This document shows, one piece after another, positions 1-9,386 of a stretch of 64,000 bases of DNA. The DNA is taken from assembly GCA_963749155.1 (NCBI GenBank), contig CAVVLO010000002.1:832001-896000 (forward strand), in the 5' to 3' direction. Position 1 is the stretch's first letter. Each line of letters starts with the position of its first letter. The translations under genes were made by a program, and so were the position numbers. This stretch comes from an uncultured Armatimonadia bacterium. GTDB taxonomy: Bacteria; Armatimonadota; Zipacnadia; CAVVLO01. Below the pieces are notes generated by a model. That model ran no database searches and was not told where the DNA came from. It saw nothing but the letters and a program-made list of their open reading frames with translations.

Positions 1-241
1 AGGTTATGATGCCAAAGCCCGTATGGTAACCACACTCGTTGCCTGCCTTGTATAGCAGGTAGTACACGCTGTCTCGCAGGTCGGCAGGCACCGCGCCGGC
101 GATACGCTCGCCAAACTGCATCCAGAAATCCGCCGGCAACTGGTTCAAGTAGACACCGAAGGAATGGATGGTGCCCGATTCACTGCTTTCGGGCCTGAGC
201 TTCGACACATGGTCGATGATTAGCTGTCGATCTACTGCCAT
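1..241 (-). CDS. V4R/H-NOX-clan-like hypothetical protein, 5' part only (runs off window edge)
   Basis: Manual translation from ATG at 241: MAVDRQLIIDHVSKLRPESSESGTIHSFGVYLNQLPADFW...AGNECGYHTGFGIIT. RBS GAGGTG; starts 10 nt after the upstream stop. Not in the ORF track because it is truncated. Confidence 0.7.
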   Translation of the reverse strand, partial: MAVDRQLIIDHVSKLRPESSESGTIHSFGVYLNQLPADFWMQFGERIAGAVPADLRDSVYYLLYKAGNECGYHTGFGIIT

Positions 242-251
242 CGCTTCCACC

Positions 252-788
252 TCACTTCCTAAGCACCGAGAAGACAGACTTCTCGGCGCCACTGACCAGG
301 CTTTCCAGCTCGCTTGTCTCAAAACTGCCGGCTGGCAAATCAAACAGCGCGGCAAAAGCAGCTTCCAGATATCCCTGGGTGATGTAGTTGACGGGCTTGT
401 CGCGCTTGCCGAACTTCTTCAGCCAGCCCTCGTCCACGTGAGAATGGGCCATCTCGGCTTTGCCGCTCACCGGCCCAGCCTGGATCAGCTTGAGGTCGCC
501 CATCCCGCCGAAAGCCCAATAACTCTCCACCACGTGGATGCGATCGGCCAGCGCAGTCAGGCCCTGGCGCTCGAAGGCGCGGGTCAGCTCCTCATAGAAG
601 ACATCTCGCGCGGTCGCTTTGATGAGGCCCACCCCATCGAAAAGCGTCGCGTCTTCGGCGAGTTGCAGGTAGAGCGAAGTGTAATGGTGGCAATGCAGCA
701 CGTAAGGCACTCCGTTGATATAGTGCCGTTTGCGCAGATTGTCATAATGGTGCTGATACTCGAAATCTATTTGCTTCTGAACAGCCAT
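252..788 (-). CDS. V4R (4-vinyl reductase)/XylR-N-like small-ligand-binding protein with HCHH motif
   Basis: 178 aa. LHCHHY motif, 'YWAFGGMGDL', and 'ITQGYLEAAFAALF...ETSELESLVSGAEKSVF' resemble the V4R C-terminal pattern. RBS GGAGG. Confidence 0.7.
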   Translation of the reverse strand: MAVQKQIDFEYQHHYDNLRKRHYINGVPYVLHCHHYTSLYLQLAEDATLFDGVGLIKATARDVFYEELTRAFERQGLTALADRIHVVESYWAFGGMGDLKLIQAGPVSGKAEMAHSHVDEGWLKKFGKRDKPVNYITQGYLEAAFAALFDLPAGSFETSELESLVSGAEKSVFSVLRK

Positions 789-803
789 CTTCTCACCTCC
801 AGT

Positions 804-998
804 TTAGAACCTTGGCACGCTGGGATCTTTCAGCAGCTCGCTCAAGGTGGAATGGAGCTTCTCCAGCTCCTCGGGAGTATCGGGCTTGCCCTCGGCGGTC
901 TTCTCGGAGACGCCCGTCTTGAGCATCAGCCGAGTAAGGGCGAAATCGCCGCCTTTTTCTTTCGCGTATTGCAGATAACGCAACATCCTGGCTCCCAT
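804..998 (-). CDS. small hypothetical protein (64 aa), first gene of the V4R operon
   Basis: MGARMLRYLQYAKEKGGDFALTRLMLKTGVS...; strong RBS AGGAGGAGG upstream of ATG 998; 15 nt to the next gene. Confidence 0.75.
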   Translation of the reverse strand: MGARMLRYLQYAKEKGGDFALTRLMLKTGVSEKTAEGKPDTPEELEKLHSTLSELLKDPSVPRF

Positions 999-1074
999 CC
1001 TGCACCTCCTCCTGTGACATATCGGACAGCAGTTGGCGGGGAGGGCGCCCTTCCCATCAGCCTGCCTAGTTACG

Positions 1075-1101
1075 TTATCGGCAGGCGCGCGCCGGACCTT
1101 A
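1075..1101 (-). promoter_or_regulatory. sigma28 (FliA/SigD)-type promoter
   Basis: Minus strand reads TAAG-N15-GCCGATAA versus consensus TAAA-N15-GCCGATAA, 76 nt upstream of ATG 998. Confidence 0.75.
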
Positions 1102-1138
1102 GGGCTCCGGAGATATTTTTTTAGAGAATCTTTCCGCC

Positions 1139-1174
1139 AAAGCAAAGCCCCGACCTCAGGGGGACGGCCGGGGC
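1139..1174 (-). terminator. probable intrinsic terminator downstream of the disrupted secreted-protein gene
   Basis: Minus strand GCCCCGGCC-loop-GGTCGGGGC followed by TTTGCTTT. Confidence 0.55.
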
Positions 1175-1181
1175 GGAGAAA

Positions 1182-2143
1182 TTATGGTGTCTCTTGTTTA
1201 GCTTCGCGACTTTCGCCGGCGGTACAGGAAGCCAGTATGGCTCGATCCCCAAGCGCCCCGCCAGGCAAATAAAGATTAAGTTGCTCTGCGCCCAGGCACC
1301 TCGGCAAGGGCTGCCCAGGCGCTGGGCCGGCAGATCCAGCCAGGTTGCTACTACTGATTATCGTGCCCGACTGCGCATCAACCCGACTGCTGCAGGCCAA
1401 TACATTGTTACCACCCGGCGTCTCGTCGACAGGAAAGATCGACGCCAGCGCCAACACTCCATCCTCGGTGACTTGTAGCTCTGAGGCCGTGCCGTTGCTG
1501 GTAAGCCTTCCAGGGCGCGGAAATCCTAGATGGCTGCTCGTATGCTTGCTCTTCGGTGACTGCGGGTGGCTGTGATGCGCTTTGCGGGCATCAGCCGCCT
1601 AAAATCGGAGGCCTGCCACTTACCTGTTTCGGGTGACACCCGGAAATCGTCATACCGCGCAGCCGTTGTAGCCCCGTTGTATGAGCCGCAGCTACGAAAA
1701 CGTATCGTTGCCCCAGAAGGTCAGCACCTTAGGAGACTCCCAGTGCTCCAGATCTAGCCAGGCTGTGTCCAGTAAGGATGAGTTCCTGCCAAAGCGGTCG
1801 GCGCTTGGGCCTGTGTGATGGCGAGAAAGGGCGCTTGGATCGATGTGTAATCGATGCGGTTCCGCAACTACCGGGCCTGGTTACACGTCGGGGGGACGGG
1901 TACTCCACTCTGAGTAGGTGTTGTATAGCTGGCATCGCCACCCAGCTTGCCGTCGTGTAGTAGCGCCGTCAAGCCGTAATGCATTTGTGCACTCCTCGGG
2001 CTGCTAACACCACAACCAGCGTCTGATTCTCCTTCGAAATCGCGAATCGCCTGGATGACTTCGGAGTCAGTGATCGCATGGGCTGCGGCTTGAAGCAGAC
2101 CGAACATGACGAGTATTCCGAGTCGGATTGCATAAGTGTTCAT
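1182..2143 (-). pseudogene. multiply frameshifted secreted PepSY-like protein (paralog A)
   Basis: Signal peptide, then ITDSEVIQAIRDFEG/NQTLVV. Fragments VEYPSP, ITQAQA, VTEEQAY and VDAQSGTI lie in different frames and match paralog B at 5810-6946. The 3' end is uncertain. Confidence 0.55.
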
Positions 2144-2228
2144 GTGGAGCCTACCCATCCCACCCAGTCGTTGCATACAGCTAACCTCTAGTTGTGCGAC
2201 TGCGAGTCAGCGAGGCCTATCAGTTTTC

Positions 2229-2255
2229 ATTATACCCCCCATGGACGATTAGCAA
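2229..2255 (-). promoter_or_regulatory. sigma70-like promoter with G6 tract in a short spacer
   Basis: TTGCTA-N15-TATAAT on the minus strand upstream of paralog A. Confidence 0.45.
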
Positions 2256-2341
2256 GGAGGAGTTGTATTAAATAACACTCGGAAACATCCCAGCCCAAAG
2301 GCCTGAAATCCGTGTGCCCAAGGGGCGTCGGACAATCTAGC

Positions 2342-2364
2342 GGACTTCACCAGGCGGTGTCGAA
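2342..2364 (+). promoter_or_regulatory. SigH-like promoter motif (GGA-N16-CGAA)
   Basis: GGA cttcaccaggcggtgt CGAA, 32 nt before ATG 2397; recurs before four other genes. Confidence 0.5.
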
Positions 2365-2396
2365 AGCCGTTGTAACACGTTTGAGGAGGTAGTCAG

Positions 2397-2831
2397 ATGG
2401 ACCGCGAGGCCACAATCGCTGTTGCAAGAGAGGTCGTGAAGCCAGGCGCGCCCTTCGTGTTTGCCACGGTGGACGCGGACGGAGGCCCCCGGATGCGCTG
2501 GATGGGTGGGCTGATGCTGGAGGAGCCTTTCCTAATCTATATGGCGGCGGGCGCCGGCAGTCGCAAGCTCGATCAGCTCGAAGGTAATCCGAAGGCGCAG
2601 TTGATGTTCCAGAGCCCGGACTTCGGTACGGTGGCGACGCTATACGGTGAGTGCGTATTGCTGGACGAAGCGGAGCTGAAGCAGCGGATGTGGAAGGCGA
2701 TGCCGGCGCTAGCGCGGTTCGTCTCGGGCCCTGACGACCCGAGCCTGGCCGTGCTGCGTTTCACCACCAGGCGACTCGAAGTGATGAAACTGCACGAGAC
2801 GGGCGAGAAGCCCTCCGTCGTCGAGTTCTGA
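2397..2831 (+). CDS. pyridoxamine 5'-phosphate oxidase-like FMN-binding protein (general stress protein 26-like)
   Basis: FATVDADGGPRMRWM, SRKLDQLEGNPKA and GPDDP motifs; RBS GAGGAGG. Confidence 0.85.
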   Translation: MDREATIAVAREVVKPGAPFVFATVDADGGPRMRWMGGLMLEEPFLIYMAAGAGSRKLDQLEGNPKAQLMFQSPDFGTVATLYGECVLLDEAELKQRMWKAMPALARFVSGPDDPSLAVLRFTTRRLEVMKLHETGEKPSVVEF

Positions 2832-2840
2832 GGCTTCAGC

Positions 2841-5481
2841 CTACCGATATTCGGCGAACTCGCTATAGGGGGCGATCTCTACGCTCTCGAGCGCGTTGCC
2901 TTGTTCTGTTGGGCGCAGAGCCAGGGTCAGCAGGTTGCTGCTCTCGGGCCCAAAATTAAGCCAGCATTCGGGCAGGAAGAACTCTCGCTGAGGCCCTGCC
3001 TGCCAATATCGCCCAAGGCAGTGGCCGTTGAGATAGACGAAGCCGTTGCCGGTCGCATCCAGCGTTGCTTTCCATGGCACCCAGACGCCCCGACGCTGGT
3101 TGGGCAGCTCGAAATCGAGCCTGTACCAGGTCAGCAACGCTCGGTCAGAACCCGACTCCTCACCCAGTTCGACGCGTTGCCAGAGGTCGCTGCGCTTCAG
3201 CTTCGGCGAGAACCATTTCTCCGTATCACCGAGGGGCCGGCCGAACTCCACCGGAAGCGCCGCCGCAGGGGACCGCTCTCGAGCGCGACTTCGCCAACCC
3301 CGCCCGGGCCGTCACCGTTACGTATGATAACCGCCAGGCTGTTGGTGACCAGGCTTCAGCAGGGCTCGTGATGTCGAAAGTATACTTGCTGCGACCAGTT
3401 GGCGGTGTGGGCGACTTGCGCGCCGTTGAGGAAGACCCACCCCTCGTCATCGAGGCGCCCGAAGACCAGCCGCGCCGAGTCGCCCTGAGCAAGCTGGGGC
3501 GCTTCGAAACTCGTCCGCAAGACTGCGAAGCTGTTGCTTGCCAGTTGGCTAGCTTCCAGAGGGGTCGCGTCCACTTCTTGCCAGGTAGAATCGTCGAAAT
3601 CCGGCGCGACTTCGGGGCCTGGCTCCGCCGTCTGCACCTGAGCGAGCCTCCAGGTGGAGAGCAGGTTATCTTGCTGCCTTCGGCTTTACGCGCAGCGAGT
3701 GGATTCCTGTCAGTTCTTCCATCCCAGCGCCGCCGTTAGGGTGGCCGGCGTTCTCATACAGCAGCAGGGCAGTATGGTGGCCGTCAGTAAGAGGAAGCTT
3801 TATCGAGCTACCTGGTGGGACCAGCCGTTTGCCTCCCAGCGCAACGGCGACGGCATCGCCGCTACGCAGCCCGATAGCCAGGTCTGACCCCTGGGCATCA
3901 GCTTCAACTCTGTAGAAGACGAAGTGGCTGTCCCAAATATCATTGTTTTCGAGGTAGCCCTCACCGGCGAGAGGTTTCCACTTGGCCGGGCCGGGGTCGT
4001 CGCGCTTCAGCGCCTCGGTCAAACGGAGAGGCGCAGGCAAACCGGTCGGGCGCAATATGGCTGGCGCCGGCTCGGGCAGCCATTTGCCCTGCAGGGCGTC
4101 GGTTGCGCCGGCGGGCAGATAGAGGATAAGACTGCCGAAAGCCTCCAGCGAGTAGTCGAAGGTCAGCTCGAAGCCGGTATCCTGCTCGCGGAAATGCGCC
4201 TGACCCCTGCGCGGCTCCTCGTGCTGGCGGGTACGGATGAAGATATACCTCGCGCCACTCTCGGTCCGCCGGACGCCCAGGTCTACGTCCTCCTGGCTTG
4301 CGGAGGAGTCAATCGTCACCCGCTGGCTGCGCGCGAGCGCCCCTCCGTGTTGCTCGAGCATCAAGCCGATGGCCCGGACGCGCTGATAGCGTTCTCCCAC
4401 CCCGCCGTGTTCGCGCAGGGGGGCGTTGTAGTCGTAAGTCGTGGTGATGCCGCGCGCCGCCCGGTCGTCGAAGTTCGTGCCGCCGAACAACATATAATAA
4501 TTGAGCAGCGTCTGCCCCTCTCGGATTACCAGCAGCGTCAGTTGCTGGATCTGCGCGGGCGTCAGGCCGTCCTGCGCCTCAGCCAGAGCGCCACCGACAT
4601 TGGAGAACCACCCGCCCTGCAGCTCTGTCGTCATCAACGGGGCGTCGGGCTGGTCGGCGCGCAGCTCGGAGATAGCCCCGATGGTCCAGTCCACGTTCCA
4701 GCCGGTGTAGAAGTTGGTCGAATCGAATACCTGGCCGAGTAAGGGATCACTTTCCACATCGCGCACGCATTTGGTCCAGCAGGTGAACAGCGGCACGTCG
4801 ATGCCGAAGTCGCGCGCGGCCTGTGCCAGCGCCCGCAGATGGCCGAGTTTCATCTCGACCTCGGTGCGACCGAAGTCATATTCATTTTCGAGCTGGAAGA
4901 GGATGACCCCCGGCTGGCCGGGCGCCTTGCGAGTTAGTCTGATGGGGCGCGATGACCTGGCAGACAGCCTCGTACCAGTGCCGCGACCAGGCGTTGAACT
5001 GGGCATCATCGCTCCGGTACCACGGCTCGTGGCTTGGGGTGTCGGGCTTCAGCGCGGCCAGCCACTGGGGGAAGCCGCCCGCGTCCCACTCCGAGCAGAT
5101 ATACGGCCCGGGCCGGATGATGACGTAGAAGCCGAACTCCTCGGCCAGCGTCAGCCAGTCGTCCAGGTCGCGCAGGTTCACCTCTGAGAAGTCCTCCAGC
5201 CCCTTCGGCGGCTTCAACTCGTGCCAGTTCCACGCGACATAGGTCTCGACGGCGTTGAAACCGGCGTTTTTTATCGTCTGGAACCTGTCGCGCCACAGCT
5301 CCTTCGGGCAGCGGAAGTAGTGGAAGGCTCCGCTGTAGATGAAGACGGGCTTGCCCTCGATAAAGAGGCTCTGGGCGTCGTACCGGATTCGGTCCGGGTG
5401 CGCAAACTGGCGCGCGGCGAGGCCGCAGGTGGCCAGGGCGAGGGTAAGACAGACCAGCACCAGGGGCAGCAGAGCTCTCAT
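2841..5481 (-). CDS. secreted GH35 beta-galactosidase with C-terminal jelly-roll domains (about 3 frame breaks)
   Basis: Signal peptide; SGAFHYFR, ETYVAWNWHE, RPGPYICSEW, QLENEY, ELQGGWF, YYMLFGGTNF, TTYDYNAPL and LNGHCLGRYW..GPQ, spread over ORFs 4882-5481, 3666-5009, 3356-3637 and 2841-3251. Confidence 0.9.
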
Positions 5482-5518
5482 CGGGCGACCTCCGAGCGTA
5501 AAGAGCGATGGGAGATAC

Positions 5519-5541
5519 TACGCCACGGCGAGAAGAAGCCC
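5519..5541 (-). promoter_or_regulatory. SigH-like promoter motif
   Basis: gcaGGG cttcttctcgccgtgg CGTA, 37 nt before the GH35 ATG. Confidence 0.4.
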
Positions 5542-5588
5542 TGCTGTCACCGCCTGGGCGGGCCGGCGCAGACAAGGCGCAGAGCAGG

Positions 5589-5783
5589 CTAGCGCTTCAC
5601 GAAGAACTTGCCCCGAAGAGCAAGCCAGATTGCATACAGCAGGGCAAGACCACCGATGGTAAGTGCGATCACAGCGCCGGTGGGGTCGGCCTGCCGTCCC
5701 AGGAAGCCAGGATGCGCCTCCGGATTGGTAGCGAGGGCCGGCCAGGCAAGCAGCAGGCTCCCGAGCAGTATAGCCAGCTTCAT
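5589..5783 (-). CDS. small exported/membrane protein (64 aa)
   Basis: MKLAILLGSLLLAWPALA signal peptide, C-terminal TM helix and basic tail (RGKFFVKR); RBS AAGGTGG. Confidence 0.7.
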   Translation of the reverse strand: MKLAILLGSLLLAWPALATNPEAHPGFLGRQADPTGAVIALTIGGLALLYAIWLALRGKFFVKR

Positions 5784-5809
5784 CGTTTCCACCTTCGTTA
5801 TTCTGCAAT

Positions 5810-6946
5810 TTATTTGGTCCGAGTCAGGCGCTCCACCTTCGGACGGTTGTGGCGAGTCACGATCCACGCTGTTCGAGCTTGACCAGCCCGAATCCCGAGT
5901 ACGGCCGAGGAAGAGCAGGAGACAGCAGATGCGACCTGTCCAGATACTGCATCCCTTGCAGTTACAGCTTCAGAAGATAGTCTACGTGGCCGGTGGCGCA
6001 CATACAAGTTGCTAGCTCCGAGACGTGCGCCTGGTGCACATCTATTCGCAACGGCCCAGATCAATACCGAACCGTAGCGGTCAGGCCGCTGAGGTATGTC
6101 GGGGCCGATCTTTGCTGGCTTGGCGTCGCTCGATCCTTGGTACTTTGGTGCAGGCTCACCGCCAAGCGGTCGACGAAAACGATCGTCACCGGAATTCGCA
6201 TCAACCGCGACTGTGACTGGCAGACCGGCCTCTATCTCGGTTTCAGTCTGGTCCTCGAACCTGAGCTGGTAGACCAGTTGGCCATCTGCAGTGGCGACCA
6301 GCACATTCTCTGTTGGTGTCTTGCCGTCCAGGTCTTCATACTCGTCGACTGCCGCGTCGATGGCATCCTGAGCCGATAACGTTGGCGATGACTCAGCCCC
6401 CTGCCCCAGTGCGCCCTCATGGCACACGTAGCCAGCGATGTCACCGGTAGCGAGGGCTACCAGCACTGTACATCCCCCCACGTCAGTGATCGCACCATTG
6501 GCCAGTTCGCGATAGAAGGTGACCCTGTAGTCGCCTGCTTGGTACCCGTGCTGCGTCTCCCACTGATACTGAGTTGAACCCACTCCGATGCGCTTGGGCG
6601 AACTGGAGCGCAAGGCTCTCGGCTTGCGCTTCTGTTATCGACGAACCCGAGTAACCATCTGCGTAGAGCACAGACTCCGACATGTGGTGACGGGTACTCA
6701 GCGACCGTGTAGAGCTCCGTCCGCGAGGAGTCGAACACTGCAGTTGCAGTGTATACATTGAAGGTCGACGAACCAAGCCCCACTGGGTAGTCAGTAGGCT
6801 GTCCCCGCGTTGGCAGTGACTTCGAGGCTCTGATCTCCCTCGAAGTCTCGAACGGCCTGCACGATGGCAGCCTCTGTGATGGAGAAGGCGGGCAAGCAAA
6901 GGGCGGTAACAAGTGCAAGCAGCAGAAGCGGCGCAACAAGTTTCAT
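5810..6946 (-). pseudogene. multiply frameshifted secreted PepSY-like protein (paralog B)
   Basis: MKLVAPLLLLALVTALCLPAFSITEAAIVQAVRDFEGDQSLEV, then fragments SITEAQAESLALQF and PTLSAQDAIDAA...LVYQLRF...VAVDANSG (PepSY-like pattern) across several frames. Confidence 0.6.
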
Positions 6947-7055
6947 CCTCTACACCTCGTGAAAGGAGATTAGTATGGGCCTCTTAGGTTATTATACACC
7001 CAATTAGTCTCTACCCCCCCCCCGAGATATTAAATTATTCTAAAGTTTAGTTGCC

Positions 7056-9324
7056 CTACCCTCCCAGATCGCTGATGGTTATCTGGCTCTGGCAGTCGTC
7101 CAGCGTGTCGCAGAACTTGTCCGGCCAGGGCCACAGCCCCGCGAGGATATCTGCCATATCGTCGTGAGGGTGCACGGGCAGGTTGGGGTCGCTGGAGTAG
7201 TCGAAGAGATAACGCATCACGCAGGTGTAGGCGCCGGTGGAGGGGTCGAAGGTCTCCTCGGAAGCGCCAGGAGGCAGAGTCTTCGCGTGATGGAAGATAC
7301 CCACCGCGTGGCCGCACTCGTGGGTCGTTATAGTCTTCACCGCCTGCTCGATCTGCCCGGCCAGCCAGGCATCGTTCGGCTCGATACCCTTCCCCCGCAG
7401 TCGCTCGGTGATGGTGTCTCGCGCAGCTTCGAAGCTGGTGCGGACAGCGCTTGCGATGTTGTCCAGATACAGGACGACATAGGGCGAGACCGCCCCCGGC
7501 GATTTTGGTCCCGAGCCCTGGCAATGGCCGTTGACGCCCGCTGGACCGCCTGATTCGCCCCGCACTTCGAAGCCGTGCTGGTCTACGAGATGGTTAGTCT
7601 CGAAGTTGGCGTTTATCTGATGGGCCTTCGCCCCTGTTGGCGGGTCGGCGCGCAGCTCCTCGGCGTTGCAGTAGTGCAGCTTGACGCCGCGCAAGGCGTC
7701 CTCGAAGTAACTTGCGGCTATGAGCCCGTCGGGGTCGTAGACGAACAGGTCTTTCACCTTCGGATCCAGCCGGATATGCCGGCCCCCAACGAGGACGCCG
7801 CGATATTCTTCATAGTTGGACAGGCCATCTCCCGGCCCGCTGCCTTTGGGAGTGGCGTCGTCATCGCCCGCCGGATCGCAAGAGACCAGCTCGTGCTGGC
7901 GCTCCCAGCCGTCGGCGATGCCATTTGAGTCATCGTCTTGCGGCACGGGCAGGAAGGGGGTGCCCAGGGCCTCGTAATGGGCTGCGATAGCCTGGTCAGG
8001 CTCGGTCTCCAGCCTGGCCTCGGCCAGCACCTTGCACGAGCCGCCATAGTCGTTAGAGGCTACCGTGATGGTCGCCTCGGTCACCGGGTCGCGCGTGCGC
8101 GCCGTAAGGCCATCCTCCGAGACCCAGATAGACTCCGAAGTAAACTGGCGAGATATCTCCATATCGTAGCGCTTGCTCGGGTCGTCCTTCGGCCAGTTGC
8201 AGGCGACGCCCGGCTCTCGGCTGATGTCCTCGAGGCGGAACTCGATGACGCCCTTGGCGCCCTGCGGCTCCTCGATACGCGCGGTCACTTCAAGCAGGTT
8301 GGGCGCCGCGCCCCCTAGCAGGCCGGGCAACCAGTCGGGGTAGCTCTGGGCAGGTTCGAGGACGACCTTCCCATCGCCTCCTTCCAGGTTGAAGCACCAA
8401 CTGATGCTGTAATGCACCGGAACCAGCGTCTCGGCCAGGCCCTCTCTCACTTCGGAGAGGTCTGTCTGCAACTCGCCAGTCTCGGGGTCGCGAGGGTAGA
8501 GCGCTCCGACAGTCGTGACGTCCATAACGCTGCCCAGCATCGGCACCGTGGCGCTGCCTGAGACGAAGGCGCTGCCGGGCTTCCAGGGACGCTCGAATTT
8601 GGATTCTTCAGGCTTCTCGGCAGGCGCGCCAATCGACCAGGAGCCTTCGTAGGTGTTGACCTCATTAACACCGGGTGCTGACACCCTCTCGGTGAGGGTG
8701 CCCTTCGGCCCAGCAAGAGGGCAGATCTATATGCGCTAATCCCTTGCCCGGATTGACCCTGACCGTGACCCAGGTGCGCACAGCAGTCGGCTTGTAGGAG
8801 TAGTTTTCTGTGTGGCTGGCCTGTAGTGACTTCGATATCGTGACTTTGCCCTCTTCTGTCATCGCGCTCTGTTCGCTGTAGTGGTTCAGGTGGGCGACAA
8901 ACCGGCCTTCAGGATCGACAGTATCAAGCTCGCCGGTGACTGGATCGTATTCGCAATGGCAGCCAGTGACGAAGCCTTGCACATGAGCCGACTCACGTTT
9001 GGAACAGGAAAGCTCCCCAAGTGCGCGACCTCCCCCGGACACGCGGTGGATGGTGAAAGTACCGCTGAAGGGCACTTCCACCCAGTGGTCGGGGTCGGGC
9101 TCCGGCTCCTCATCGTCAGCGCGCTGCTGTTCTTCCATCTCTTCGATAAGCTTCTGAAGCTGCTCCATCAACGCCGCGGGAGGTAGCTCGCCCTTGTTAA
9201 TATAAGTCTCCATCTGCTGCTGGACCGACTCAAGCTGGGCTTCGAGGTCGTCCTGGGTGACTGCCAGCGCGCAGCAAAACGCGACCAGCAGGAGGAGGAA
9301 TAACAACACCTGGCCTGTTTTCAT
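7056..9324 (-). CDS. secreted metzincin-type zinc metalloprotease with Ca-binding-like repeats (one frame break near 8680)
   Basis: Signal peptide MKTGQVLLFLLLLVAFCCALA; HECGHAVGIFH (HExxHxxGxxH) with downstream CVMRY Met-turn; DDDSNGIADGWE and GDGLSNYEEY acidic motifs. Confidence 0.7.
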
Positions 9325-9386
9325 AAGGCTTCCCTCCAAAGAGGAAATCGCAAAGCCTGCTTATTCATTATATACCTGAGGGCAGG

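Noticed and set aside
1000..1075. c-di-GMP or other riboswitch in the V4R operon leader
   Set aside because: Small hairpins are present but I could not find the GEMM consensus elements; the sigma28 promoter explains the region.
168..1124. 318-aa plus-strand ORF
   Set aside because: Antisense shadow of the minus-strand V4R operon, which has RBSs and a promoter; no recognisable motifs.
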